Shown here: positions 38,230-49,200 of the stretch, piece after piece
How positions within the stretch are numbered: the stretch's first letter is position 1
Layout: every line of letters starts with the position of its first letter
Assembly: GCA_038227045.1 (NCBI GenBank)
Contig: JBBRQD010000002.1
Coordinates: forward strand, 88,343 to 152,342
Reading direction: 5' to 3'
DNA: 64,000 bases
DNA from: Planctomycetota bacterium
GTDB lineage: Bacteria > Planctomycetota > SZUA-567 > H5-PLA8
Program-made: the position numbers and the translations under genes
Notes under the pieces: generated by a model
Seen by the model: only the letters and a program-made list of their open reading frames with translations
The model's database searches: none
What the model was told of the DNA's origin: nothing

Positions 38230-38942
38230 TGTTTTGCCAAAACCTCGGCGAGATGAAGGCTTTTTATCGGCTTGCCTTGTTTGTCGAGTATGCCTTGAAT
38301 CTGCATCAGGCAGCTTGAATCGTTTGAGACGACATAGTCGGCTCCGGTCGCGCAGATCGATGCGCTTTTGACTTCGCCCATCGACGTCGAAATCATTGGA
38401 AACTTGACCGCGAATGTGCCGCCGAAACCGCAGCATGTTTCCGCTTCGGTCATCTCGATCAGCGTTAGACCGCGCACATTCTTGAGCAGTTCGCGCGCCG
38501 GCCGCTTGATGCCCAATTCGCGCAGACCGTGGCAGCCGTCGTGAAACGTCACGGTCGCAGGAAAACTTGCGCCGACGTCGGTGACGCCGCATTTGTCGAC
38601 CAGAAACTCGGAGAATTCGAACGTCTTCGCCGCCACTTCGCGGGCGAGCTGTTCTTCCTTCCGGCCGCGAAAAAGTTCCGGCGAAAAGACGCGCATCATC
38701 GAGACGCACGAACCGGAACCTCCGACGACGACTTCGGCGTCGCTGAAGTTTTGCAGCGCCTGGCAGGCGACGGGGCGGGCTTCGTCCCAAAATCCCGAAT
38801 TGAACGGAGGCTGGCCGCAGCAGGTGAATTCTTCGGGAAACTCCACCGTGTGACCCAATCGTTCCAGCACTTCCACCATGGCCATCGCGGCCCGGGGGTA
38901 GAACTGGTTGACGAAACACGGGACCATCAGCGAAACACGCAT
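38226..38942 (-). CDS. lutA: Lactate utilization protein A (CCG domains)
   Basis: TCCGQPPFNSG, FHDGCH, CCGFGGTF, SCLMQI. Confidence 0.92.
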   Translation of the reverse strand: MRVSLMVPCFVNQFYPRAAMAMVEVLERLGHTVEFPEEFTCCGQPPFNSGFWDEARPVACQALQNFSDAEVVVGGSGSCVSMMRVFSPELFRGRKEEQLAREVAAKTFEFSEFLVDKCGVTDVGASFPATVTFHDGCHGLRELGIKRPARELLKNVRGLTLIEMTEAETCCGFGGTFAVKFPMISTSMGEVKSASICATGADYVVSNDSSCLMQIQGILDKQGKPIKSLHLAEVLAKQ

Positions 38943-39165
38943 TGCAGAGCGACACCTCGATGCTTAGAGCTACCGGATTTCAATTCACGGCGCACAAGTA
39001 TCTGCGTCGGGCTTCGAATCGCAATCGCAAATGGGCCGAAGCGATCGCTGAAATTGCGAAACGATTATTTTGGGAGCAGCGTTTTTGCGTCATTTCGCCG
39101 GGTCTATCGCCGATAAAGAGCATGGAGAATTCGTCCTTAACCGCGACCCTTGGCCATTCACGCCG

Positions 39166-40377
39166 ATGCTGAAAACATTCGAACGTTTCACCCGCAAAGA
39201 TCGCCATATCGTCGTGGGGCTGATGTCTGGAACCAGCGTTGACGGCATCGACGCGGCCGTGTGCGAGATTGAGGGGCATGGGCGGGGAAAGCTGAAACTG
39301 CGCATTTTGGGAGGGCACGGCGAGGCGTTCGATGCGGCGCTTCGCGAACGCATTTTGAATCTCTGCAAGACCGGCGGCGGCAGCACCGCGGAGGTCTGCG
39401 AGTTGAATTTCATTCTGGGCGAAGTGTTCGCTCATGCGGCGAAGAATGCCGCGCAGGCCGCGAACCTGTCCATGGCGGACATTGATTTGATCGGCAGCCA
39501 CGGCCAAACCGTGGCGCATTTTCCGCCGGGCGGCGCGCACGCCGGAATTCGCAAAGGCTCGACGCTTCAGATCGGCGAAGCGGCCATCATCGCGGAGCGC
39601 ACGGGCGTGCCGGTCGTTTCGAATTTTCGTCCGCGCGACATGGCCGCCGGTGGGCAGGGTGCGCCGCTGGTGCCGTACGCGGACTGGCTGCTTTTTTCGA
39701 GCGACTTGGAGCACCGCGTGGCGCTGAACATCGGCGGCATTGCAAACGTCACATGGATACCCGCAGGCTGTTCGCCCGATCAGGTCGTGGCGTTCGATAC
39801 CGGTCCCGGCAACATGGTTCTCGACGCTCTTGCCGAGAAAATCAGCGGCGGCAAACTTGCTTATGACAACGACGGCAATATTGCACGGCAGGGTCGCGTG
39901 GATGCCGCGTTTCTCGACGAACTGATGGCGCACGACTATTTTCAGCGATTGCCACCGAAGAGCACCGGGCGCGAAGAATTCGGAAGCGATCTTGCTTTGT
40001 CTGTGTTTGAAAAAGGTGCCGCACGTGGACTGAATTCGAACGACATCCTAGCCACCGCGACGATACTGACGGCGCGGAGCATTGCGGTGAGCATCAAGCG
40101 ATTGCTGTCTTACGAGCCAAGCGCACAAGCGCCGAAATTCAGCGTTCTTGCGGCAGGCGGCGGAGTGCGAAATGGGTTCTTGATGAGCATGCTGAAAAAC
40201 GAACTGGATGGAATCGATTTGTGCCTCAGCGATGGTTTTGGCATGCCGATGCAATACCGCGAATGCGCCGCGTTCGCCGTTTTGGCGCGCGAAACAATGT
40301 TGGGGCACCCGTCGAATCTTCCTCATGCCACCGGCGCGCGCGGCGCGCGCGTCCTCGGCGACATCACGCCGGCTTAA
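39166..40377 (+). CDS. anmK: Anhydro-N-acetylmuramic acid kinase
   Basis: GLMSGTSVDGID, GSHGQT, TLQIGE, DMAAGGQGAPLVP, NIGGIAN, FDTGPGN, PKSTGRE. Confidence 0.96.
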   Translation: MLKTFERFTRKDRHIVVGLMSGTSVDGIDAAVCEIEGHGRGKLKLRILGGHGEAFDAALRERILNLCKTGGGSTAEVCELNFILGEVFAHAAKNAAQAANLSMADIDLIGSHGQTVAHFPPGGAHAGIRKGSTLQIGEAAIIAERTGVPVVSNFRPRDMAAGGQGAPLVPYADWLLFSSDLEHRVALNIGGIANVTWIPAGCSPDQVVAFDTGPGNMVLDALAEKISGGKLAYDNDGNIARQGRVDAAFLDELMAHDYFQRLPPKSTGREEFGSDLALSVFEKGAARGLNSNDILATATILTARSIAVSIKRLLSYEPSAQAPKFSVLAAGGGVRNGFLMSMLKNELDGIDLCLSDGFGMPMQYRECAAFAVLARETMLGHPSNLPHATGARGARVLGDITPA

Positions 40378-40486
40378 CTACGGTTTCAGGTTTTCGGGGC
40401 GCGATCCACACTTTGAATCGCTTGTTCCATCGGTTAAAAATACATGTCGAATCGATTCGTATTATTCTTAAATTCTGGGACCGGCA

Positions 40487-41140
40487 ATGAAATTCAAAGC
40501 TGCTGTTTTTGATCTCGATGGAACGTTGCTGGATTCGCTTCACGACATCGCCCATTCGATGAATGCGGCGCTGCGGCGCAAGGGTTTTCCGGAGCATCCG
40601 GTGGTCGATTATAAAATTCACGTGGGCGACGGCATGTCGATCCTGGCTCGGCGCGTGTTGCCGGACGGGGCGCGCGACGACGCTGGAATTGCGGAACTTG
40701 TCGGACTGATGCGCGAGGAATACGGCGCTCGCTGGGCGGATTCGACGCGGCCCTATCAAGGCATTCCGGAGTTGCTCGACGAACTCGCGCGGCGCGGCGT
40801 GAAATTCGCCGTGGTGTCGAACAAGCCTCACGATTTTACTCAGCAGGTCACCGCGCGTTTGCTGCCTAAATGGCGTTTCGATCCGGTGATCGGTTCGCGT
40901 CAGGGCATCCCGCACAAGCCTGATCCAACGGGCGCTCTGGAAGCCGCTGCGCATTTGAAGATTCCAGTCGCAGAATGCGTCTTTATCGGCGATACCGCCG
41001 CGGATATGCGCACGGCTGTTGGCGCGGGCATGTTCCCGGCCGGCGCGCTATGGGGTTTTCGCGATGCGCCTGAATTGCTTGGCAGCGGCGCGAAAATACT
41101 TTTGAAGCATCCGGCGGATTTGTTGAGCACCTTCGATTAG
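40487..41140 (+). CDS. HAD-family phosphatase (Gph-like)
   Basis: FDLDGTLLDS, VSNK, KPDP, IGD. Confidence 0.92.
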   Translation: MKFKAAVFDLDGTLLDSLHDIAHSMNAALRRKGFPEHPVVDYKIHVGDGMSILARRVLPDGARDDAGIAELVGLMREEYGARWADSTRPYQGIPELLDELARRGVKFAVVSNKPHDFTQQVTARLLPKWRFDPVIGSRQGIPHKPDPTGALEAAAHLKIPVAECVFIGDTAADMRTAVGAGMFPAGALWGFRDAPELLGSGAKILLKHPADLLSTFD

Positions 41141-41158
41141 ACGTTCCTCGAAAGCACT

Positions 41159-41725
41159 ATGCTGAACCCCGCGATTCTCGAACATGCTTACCGCAACGCC
41201 TGCTTTCCGATGCCCAATTGGCGCGGACAAATTGGCTGGTATCGCCCCGATCCTCGCGCAGTTTTGCCGCTGGATGCGTTTCATGCGTCGCGTTCGTTGA
41301 TGAAAACTTTGAAGAGCGGCTATTTCGAAACGACCTACGATGCCGATTTTCTCGGTGTGATGACGGGCTGTTCGAAGCGCAACGAAACGTGGATCACCGA
41401 TGAGTTTTTTGCGTCGTATTCGGCGCTGCACAAACTGGGAAAAGCGCATTCCGTCGAAGTGTGGCGCGAAGGCAAACTGGTGGGCGGGACGTATGGCGTT
41501 CACCTGGGCGGCGCGTTTTTTGCGGAATCGAAATTCCATACTGAAACGGACGCGTCGAAAGTCGCGCTGGCGAAACTGGTCGCGCGGCTGAACGCTCGCG
41601 GTTTCGGCCTGCTTGAGGTACAGTATCTCACGGAACATTTGTCTCAGTTCGGCGTCATTGAGATTCCGGATGCGGAATACGTCAGGCGTTTGGAAAAGGC
41701 GCTGGCATTGAACTGCGAATTTTAA
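41159..41725 (+). CDS. aat: Leucyl/phenylalanyl-tRNA--protein transferase
   Basis: AYRNACFPM, PDPRAVL, TWIT, AHSVEVW, FFAESKF, DASKVAL. Confidence 0.93.
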   Translation: MLNPAILEHAYRNACFPMPNWRGQIGWYRPDPRAVLPLDAFHASRSLMKTLKSGYFETTYDADFLGVMTGCSKRNETWITDEFFASYSALHKLGKAHSVEVWREGKLVGGTYGVHLGGAFFAESKFHTETDASKVALAKLVARLNARGFGLLEVQYLTEHLSQFGVIEIPDAEYVRRLEKALALNCEF

Positions 41726-41758
41726 TGCGCGTTAAAACTCGTCCATAAAGGATCGCCC

Positions 41759-43495
41759 ATGAATCGAATTTCGAAGACCGCCATCGCCACCGTGATTGTT
41801 GCGCTATCGTTCGCCGTCCGGGCCGAGACGACACCCGGCGAAAACACCATGCCGCCGTTCGCGCTCGCGAAATTGTCGATTGCGAAGATGGGCATTTTTA
41901 TCGACCAAAACGGCGCTTATGCCAATCAAATTGTTCCCAATGTTGGACCACTTGCAAAGGTCGCTCTGGCGAACATTCTCTTCAAATTGCCTGTCGATGA
42001 ATCGCTGAATTTCGAAGGTCCGGCCCGGATTTATTTCCTCGCTCCGCTCTCTTTCAACGCGACGCAGGACACCGCGATGGTGTTGCCCGTCAGCGATGCG
42101 GACAAGCTGAAAAAAAACATCATTTCCGTCTATGGCGAGCCGACCGATCAAAATGGCGCGATGGTCTTTGTGGTGCCGCAACCCCTTCCGGATCCGGACA
42201 AGACTCTGCTGGTGAAGATTGCCAACGGCAAAGCGTTGCTGGCCCCGAGCGCCGCTGTGCTTGCTCAATTGGAAACTGCCGCCGCCGCTCCGGTCGTTCA
42301 AGCGGCGGGCGGCGCGGATGCAGAATTTATTTTAAGTCTGCCCGCGATAAAAAAGGTCTATGGAAGCAAAATCGAAGGCGCAATGCAGGCAGGCGCGTTT
42401 CTGGCTGCGGAAAACGTCGATGGCTTGAAAAAGGTCGCCGAACAACTGGACGGAATTATCAAGACGCTCTGGCAGATTGATGCGATTGAGCTGCGCGTGA
42501 GTTTCGACAAGGATTCGAAAAACGCGAGCGCCGAGCTGGCGATCACTCCTTTAAAGGAGACGAAGCTGGCGGAAATTTTCGATAATCCGCCTCCGGGACT
42601 GGACGGCAATAATTCGACGCTGCTCGCGACCGGCGGGCCCGTCAACGCGGCGATGCGCCTGAACGGCGATGCAGCGAACAATTTTTACAAAAAATATGCG
42701 CCTCCGAATCAAGCCGCGCTGGACGGCCTGATTCGCTCGCTGTTGAGTATTTTCGACGGTGAGACAGTGCTGTCATTCAATCCGGCGCGGATGGTGCTGC
42801 TGCATTCGCAGCGGGTGGCGGACGATGCCGCCGCGGCAAGAAAAGCAGACGCCCTTCAGCAAACTCTCAACGGTATTTCGATGCTTGCCGTGGCCGACAT
42901 CGAGGCTCTGCCGAAGGACACTGTTTATTCGACGGTCTCCGAAACGATTCAACACCGAAACACGCAAATTACGCTTCGAAAATTCGCAGTGGCGAAAGGC
43001 GCCGCGAAGCCGGTCGTCCAGGATTCAACCGGTTATTTTGCCGATGCGTCCAAGCCTGGCTTGTGGCTTGCCGCCGCCGGCTTGAAACCGGAAGAGGCGA
43101 TCAAGGGCCTGCTCGACAATTCGGCCGGCAATGCGCCGATTTCCGCCGAACTGAAAGCCACTTTCGATTCGCCGCTTCCCGGAACGCTCGCCTTTGTTTC
43201 CATCAAATTGCTCGACATTTTACGCACCGCGGCAGGCGAGTTCCTGCCGGAGAACGTCGCGCCGGAGCAGCTTGTCGGCGGATTGAGCGACGCGCCGGTT
43301 TCGATTTCGATTTCGATGCATGGCGGAAAAGCGGCATTGCGCGCGACGCTTCCGGGCGCAACGGCCGGTTCGCTGTATGCCATGTCCGGGCGCTTGAAAC
43401 GACAGGGCATCAATGTAGGCGACATGCTGGGTTTGAACGGCCGGAAGGAAGCCAAAGTACAGGGGAATATTCCGCCGCCACCACCGGAAAAATAA
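41759..43495 (+). CDS. Secreted hypothetical protein
   Basis: 578-aa ORF with signal peptide (AVRA) and AAGGA RBS. No family confidently recognised. Confidence 0.75.
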   Translation: MNRISKTAIATVIVALSFAVRAETTPGENTMPPFALAKLSIAKMGIFIDQNGAYANQIVPNVGPLAKVALANILFKLPVDESLNFEGPARIYFLAPLSFNATQDTAMVLPVSDADKLKKNIISVYGEPTDQNGAMVFVVPQPLPDPDKTLLVKIANGKALLAPSAAVLAQLETAAAAPVVQAAGGADAEFILSLPAIKKVYGSKIEGAMQAGAFLAAENVDGLKKVAEQLDGIIKTLWQIDAIELRVSFDKDSKNASAELAITPLKETKLAEIFDNPPPGLDGNNSTLLATGGPVNAAMRLNGDAANNFYKKYAPPNQAALDGLIRSLLSIFDGETVLSFNPARMVLLHSQRVADDAAAARKADALQQTLNGISMLAVADIEALPKDTVYSTVSETIQHRNTQITLRKFAVAKGAAKPVVQDSTGYFADASKPGLWLAAAGLKPEEAIKGLLDNSAGNAPISAELKATFDSPLPGTLAFVSIKLLDILRTAAGEFLPENVAPEQLVGGLSDAPVSISISMHGGKAALRATLPGATAGSLYAMSGRLKRQGINVGDMLGLNGRKEAKVQGNIPPPPPEK

Positions 43496-43575
43496 GCTGT
43501 TAGCTTTTAGCGATTAGTTTTTAGCCATTCACTGATATTCGATGGCTAACTGCTTAAAGCTAATCGCTGACAGCT
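43495..43575. repeat. Inverted arrays of 7-bp tandem repeats (GCNNTTA) between convergent genes
   Basis: gctgtta gctttta gcgatta gttttta gccat, then an inverted array at 43542-43575. Confidence 0.7.
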
Positions 43576-45751
43576 ACGCCCGGACGATTTGATCGTAGCT
43601 TGTGAGGTCGCTGGGGACTAACGATCCGGGGCGGATCGCGGCGATGACTTCGGGAAGTTCCGTTGTTTTCAACATCAGCATTCCCGGCTCCAGATGCCCC
43701 GCAATAATGGCGGTGCGCCCGCGCCCGATGGTGGATTGCGTCGGGTTGAAATGATCGTGATCGCCCAGGGGATAGCTGGCTTCCACGTCTGCCGCGAAAC
43801 CGGGCAGGCTGGGCTTTTCGGGAAGATCCCACTGTAGTTTTACCGCAGTGTTTTGAACGATGTAGCGATCGACATGCAGTTCCAGTTTTGCATGCGAAGG
43901 CGACTCGCCCGAGATGACAATGCTCACCACCACCGCTTTGACTTTTTCCCCCGCGGGCGTGGTCAGAATGCACGGCAGACACAGAGTCATATTGGCGGAA
44001 GTCCACTCGGCCGGATTTTCGGGCATATCCTTTTCCGGCGGCGGCACTATCCCGCGCACCGAATAAACCTGCAGGAGGCTGGCCACGTTTTTGGCCGGGC
44101 AATCGGGCATGCGAAAGCCGAACGCGCGCGATTCGATTTCCCGCCACGTCGGCTCGCCGATGAACGTTTGCTCGCGGCCGGCCATCGCTTCGATGCGGGC
44201 GCTCAAGTTCACCGCGTCGCCGATGACCGTGAATTCGATTTTGCGCTCGGAGCCAATGTTTCCGGCGCAGACCATGCCGGTGTTGAGGCCGATGCCGTGA
44301 CCCAGCGCGACAGGCGTGAAATCCTCCTCGCGCTTCCTCAGCATCTCGCCGCGGTTAAACGTAAAGATCGCGATCTGCATTTCGACGGCGGCCGTAACGC
44401 CATTCTCCGCGCAATAGGGAAGATTTCCAAACATGCCCCAATGGGCCATGATGTTGTCGCCGGCACACTTGTCGATCGCTCCACCGCGCTTGAAGATGAT
44501 GTTCTGCATGACCGTGAAATAGCGGTTTAACACCGCCACCACGTGCTGAGGTTTCATCTTGCTGGCGATCTTGGTGAAACCGACGATGTCGGAAAAGAAT
44601 ATCGTGCCCATCTTTTCGACGCCGCCCAATTCGATGCTCTGCTTTTCGTTGAGCACTTCTTCGACGAGCTGCGGCGACAGGAAGCGCGAGAGATTTTCAC
44701 GCTGCGCCGCCGCCGCGGCCGCGCTCAGCGCCAGTTCGGCGTTGCGGATCACCACGGCGATCTGCCCGGCGACGGCCGAAAGAATGTCGAGGTCCGCCGG
44801 CCGGAAAGGATTCATCAGGTTCTTCGATTCCACCTGAATGAAACCGATATCGTCCTTCTCCGTGATCAGCGGCGCGCACATCAGCGATTTGATCTCGAAT
44901 TTGGCGATGGACATGCCGGCTCCGCCGCCCGCGCAATCGTCGAAGACGAACGCTTTGCGCTCGGCCCGCACTTTTTTCATCACGGTGCGCGACAACTTGA
45001 TTTCGTTGTCCTGGGCGCCGCCGACGTTGCGCAACCGGACTTTGGTGATCGCGCCTTTGCGGCGGTCGAGCGCCCCGCCCTGCTCCTTCTCGGACGTAAG
45101 CTTGGACGGTTCCGCGCCGTCCGGGCCGTACAAAACGATGATGCCTCTGTCGGCCTGAGGGAAAACTTCGAACAATTTTTCGAGACTTTTATCCAGCAAT
45201 TTGTGCGGATCGAGCGACGCGCCCATCGCCTGGCCGACGGCGATCAGCAATTCCAGGCGCTTGGTGACTTGCTGTAGCTGGCTGACGTCGCGCGTGTTGC
45301 GCTCTTCTTCGGAGACGAGATTCGCATCGACTTTTTTACTGAAGTTAACGGCGGGCGAGCCATTTTCCTCCTGCTCGTCGATGAGGCTGACGATGGTCGC
45401 CTCGGCTTTTGTTTGCATCATCCTGTCGGAATGTCCCTCCATCACCGGGACGTCCACGCGCAACACCAGCAGCGTGGAGCCGATCTGGATGGTGTCGCCG
45501 TTGTTAATTGGGGCGCGGTCTTTCAGGGGCACGCTGTTCAGCAGCGTTCCATTGGCCGAACCGTTGTCGACGACAAAGAATTTTCCATCGGGCGCGCGTT
45601 CCACGCGGCAATGCCGGCGCGAGGACATCGGGTCGGTCAGCACGACCTGGCATTCCGGATGCCGGCCGACAACGGCCGCTTCAACCAGCGGGTAATGCGA
45701 GGTGTGACCATCGGGGCTGGTCACAATCAATTCGGCAATGGGTTGTGTCAT
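43574..45751 (-). CDS. FHA-GAF-class III adenylate cyclase with an extra C-terminal domain
   Basis: FHA (VGR, SRRH, GSANGT), GAF (SLMCAPL, DLDILSAVA), cyclase (FSDIVGFT, DKCAGD, FTVIGDAVNLSARIE). Confidence 0.9.
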   Translation of the reverse strand: MTQPIAELIVTSPDGHTSHYPLVEAAVVGRHPECQVVLTDPMSSRRHCRVERAPDGKFFVVDNGSANGTLLNSVPLKDRAPINNGDTIQIGSTLLVLRVDVPVMEGHSDRMMQTKAEATIVSLIDEQEENGSPAVNFSKKVDANLVSEEERNTRDVSQLQQVTKRLELLIAVGQAMGASLDPHKLLDKSLEKLFEVFPQADRGIIVLYGPDGAEPSKLTSEKEQGGALDRRKGAITKVRLRNVGGAQDNEIKLSRTVMKKVRAERKAFVFDDCAGGGAGMSIAKFEIKSLMCAPLITEKDDIGFIQVESKNLMNPFRPADLDILSAVAGQIAVVIRNAELALSAAAAAAQRENLSRFLSPQLVEEVLNEKQSIELGGVEKMGTIFFSDIVGFTKIASKMKPQHVVAVLNRYFTVMQNIIFKRGGAIDKCAGDNIMAHWGMFGNLPYCAENGVTAAVEMQIAIFTFNRGEMLRKREEDFTPVALGHGIGLNTGMVCAGNIGSERKIEFTVIGDAVNLSARIEAMAGREQTFIGEPTWREIESRAFGFRMPDCPAKNVASLLQVYSVRGIVPPPEKDMPENPAEWTSANMTLCLPCILTTPAGEKVKAVVVSIVISGESPSHAKLELHVDRYIVQNTAVKLQWDLPEKPSLPGFAADVEASYPLGDHDHFNPTQSTIGRGRTAIIAGHLEPGMLMLKTTELPEVIAAIRPGSLVPSDLTSYDQIVRA

Positions 45752-45843
45752 CAATAGTGGGCCTCTGAGCATGGGCGCGCACAACTTTAACCCTTGCCGG
45801 GGCGATGTCAATTGTAGGGATTCTGAACGCCTCGATTTATTGG

Positions 45844-45887
45844 CGGCACAAGAACGCGCCGCTTTTCAGCGGCGCGTTCTTGTGCCG
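45844..45887 (-). terminator. Perfect 20-bp hairpin downstream of rplU
   Basis: CGGCACAAGAACGCGCCGCT-TTTC-AGCGGCGCGTTCTTGTGCCG. GAAA loop on the minus strand. No clear U tract. Confidence 0.6.
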
Positions 45888-45922
45888 TGTTTCTTCAGGG
45901 CCGGGACGACCCTGCCACTTTC

Positions 45923-46234
45923 TTACGCAATTCCCGTGATCTTGACCACGGTGTATTGCGTGCGGTGTCCGCGGCGGCGGCCGAGGCTGTTCGTTCGCAC
46001 GCGGTGATGCGCGATCGTCTTTTCGCCTTTGGTGTGCTCCACCACTTCGCCGGTCACTTTCGCGCCGGCCACGTTGGGGCTGCCCACTTTGATCGAGCCG
46101 CCATCGCCGCCGACCAGCAAAACGTTGTCAAAGGTTACCGTCGCGCCGACATCTTCGATGCGCTTGTCCAATTGGATCAAATCGCCCGTCGATACCTTGT
46201 GCTGCCTGCCACGGTCGTTAAGAATTGCGTACAT
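45923..46234 (-). CDS. rplU: 50S ribosomal protein L21
   Basis: MYAIL..GRQHKV..GD, VLLVG, GAKV, RRRGHRTQYTVVKI. Confidence 0.93.
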   Translation of the reverse strand: MYAILNDRGRQHKVSTGDLIQLDKRIEDVGATVTFDNVLLVGGDGGSIKVGSPNVAGAKVTGEVVEHTKGEKTIAHHRVRTNSLGRRRGHRTQYTVVKITGIA

Positions 46235-49200
46235 AGTCATCTACCTCGCTTACTTTCTTGAGAACCCAGTCGCCGCCTTCTTTGGCGATCGACACCTGCA
46301 TCTGGCTCAACGCGACACCCGGGTCCCCACAGACCTCAATCGTGATTCCGTTGGCTTCTTCCATGCGAACCAATTCTTTGCGGAACTGGTTCAGTATCCC
46401 ATAAGCCACGTGCGAATTCAAGAGCACCTTGACTTTGCGCAGCGTTTTGTCGCGCACCTGCGCCTTGATTTCACGCAACATTTCCAGCCCGATCGATTCG
46501 GGCGATTTGATATGCCCCGATCCCGAACAGTGCGGACAGCGGTCGAACAGCGTCTTTTTCAGGCTGTGGCGGATGCGCTGGCGCGTCATCTCCACCACGC
46601 CCAGCGAACTGACCGGCAGCACGTTGATCTTCGCCTTGTCGCGCGCCAGGAACGATTTCAATTCGCGCTCGACCTTGCGTTTGTGCTCGGAGATTTCCAT
46701 GTCGATGAAGTCGATCATCACCAACCCGCCGATGTCTCTCAGCCGCAGTTGCCGCGCGATTTCGCGCGCCGCTTCCAGATTGGTCTGAAGAATCGTATCG
46801 TCCTGGTTGCGCTTTTCGCGGAACCGGCCGGTGTTGACGTCGATGGCCACCAGCGCTTCGGTCTGCTCGATGACGATCGAACCGCCGTTCTTCAAATTCA
46901 CTTTGCGGTTGAACAGCCGCTGCATCTGCTGTTCGACGTTGTAGCGGTGGAAGAGCGGTTCCGATTCGGAATAGAGCTTGAGTTTCTTCTCCGAACCGGG
47001 CGAGGTTTCGCGCAAAAACTCGCGCGCGCGCTCCATGACAATCGGGTCGTCGATGACGATCTCGGTGACGTCTTCGGTGAGGACATCGCGGAACACGCGT
47101 GTCACCACGTCGCCTTCCTGATAAATCAGGTTCGGTGCCTTGCTCGTTTTGGTCTTGTCCTTGAGCGCGTTCCAAGCGCGCATGAGGTATTCCATGTCGC
47201 GCTGCAATTCGTCCTTGGTGCGGCCCATGCCGGCGGTGCGCACGATCACGCCCATGTCGTCGGGCGGGTTGAGCTGGCTGAGCGCTTCCTTCAACGCGCG
47301 GCGCTGCTCTTCGCTGTCGATGCGCTTGGAGACGCCCAGGCGGCTGACGGCGGGCATCAGCACCAGGTAGCGGCCGGGCAGGCTGATGTACGTCGTCAGC
47401 GCCGGACCTTTCTGGCCAATGCCTTCCTTGGCAACCTGTACGAGCACTTCCTGGCCTTCGCGCAACATTTCTTGAATCGTGTAGCGGCGATCGTAGACGC
47501 GATCCTTGCGGCCGTTGTTCTTGCGCACGTGCGGCGCCGCGGGGCTCGGACGCGGTGGCTCGGTTCCAGCAACGGCCGGCGCAATGGCTGCGACGGGTTC
47601 GAACGACTTTGTGATGATTTCGGAGATCGACGCGGTCACGGACTCATCGGAATCCAAATGCGGCGCACCTTCATCTTCTTCCGCTCCTTCCGGGGTCTGG
47701 ACGGCAGCGTGCGAACGCGTCTGCGCCGCTTGTCCGTCTTCATTCACATTCTGCCCGGCATCGGTGCCTTCTTGCTCAGACGCGGCTTCTCCGGACGCGG
47801 GAACGGGCTGGTGTTCTTCGTCCTCTTCGAGCTGATCGGCCAATTCGTCCGCGCGATCCATGCGGTCGGTCATATCGTCTTGCGACGCTGGAGCACTTCG
47901 CGACGTTTCAGTTTCGGCGCCATTGGATGCACGCGCCGCTTCGTCTGCTGCGTTTGCAATCTGGCGAGCTTCTTCCGGTGTGTGCGGAGCGGCGGCGGAC
48001 TCGTCTTCTTGCTCTTCGTCCTCGTCGTCGTAGGAGTCGTCTTCATCGTCTTTGTCCGAATCGTCTACATCGTCCGGTTCGGTGTCATCTACGCTGCGGG
48101 AAGCCGTTTCATCCTGCGCCCGATCCGGCTGACCGGTTTTCGCGTCGAAAGCTTCTGGCGCATCTTTCGAAGCATTTTCAGAATCACCGTCGGGCTGATC
48201 GATTTCGGGTGTCTGCAAGTTTGATTCAACGACGTGCGCCGGAATATCGCTTGGAGCGCTGTCCGGTAATTCGTTCGAGGCGGCGTGACATTCGGATGCA
48301 ATATCGTGAATCTGCGCGGCAGCCTCTTGCGGTGCTTGAGTGGGTTGAGGCTGATCCGAATGCGACACTTCGCCTTGCTCCGGATTCTGTTGATAACCCT
48401 TGGACTGCGGCGCGAGCATCGGCACCGGTCCGCCCCCTTGCAGGCCTGGGCTTGGGCGTGCACGGCCGGAACGTCCCCGGCCTCCACGGCGTCGGCGGCG
48501 GCGCTTGCTGTCGCGATTCTGATTTTTGGCGTCAAATCCAGGCTGCCCCGGAAGGATCGGCATGGGCGCATCGAGTTCCGCAGACGCCGGTGCATTCGCC
48601 GAGTGTGCTGCGTCCTGCACAGGCAGTTCCGCTTGCGACCCGGCCAAAGCGCTTCCCGCCGGCGCGTTTAATTCCAAAGGCATGTCTGGAGCAGGCGGCG
48701 GGGAGAATGCGGGAGATTGCGGCCGCCCCGGTCCTGAATGTCCTGAATAAGGTGCCGACTGGCGAGGCGATGGGCGTGCGGGCCGATTCAAGAGCAAAGG
48801 GCCGTCCGCTACGCTGCCGGAAACTCCCGGTGTTTGAATGAAATCGTCGGACAGGGCCGGAGACGGGTTTCGGGCGGCGAGCACCGAGGGTGGTGTCGCG
48901 CCTTTTTCGCGGCCCTCTCTGTATTGATCGCGAGAATCGCGCGATTCGCGGTGTTCGCGTTGCGGACGCGGGTTCGAATCGCCGGGCTTGTCGAACTGAC
49001 GCTGGCGGCCCTTTTCGTGTGCCTTTTTATCGAGCACGTCGGCGTAGCCGCCGTTGGGCGGAATCACGTCGGAGGCATGCAAAAATCCGTTGCGTTCCGC
49101 GCCGAGGTCGATGAATGCCGCCTGCAACGACGGCTCGACATTCACCACTCGCCCCTTATAGATGTTGCCGGCTTGCTGATGATGACTCTTGCGCTCCATG

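Noticed and set aside
38230-38955. Apparent N-terminal extension of lutB (713-aa ORF)
   Set aside because: Off-frame overlap with lutA. lutB starts at 38229 with ATGA coupling.
43495-43575. CRISPR-like periodicity here and at 57683-57917
   Set aside because: Units are 7-bp tandem or inverted palindromes without direct repeat-spacer organisation, and there are no cas genes.
46029-48224. 731-aa plus-strand ORF
   Set aside because: Antisense shadow of rne/rplU.
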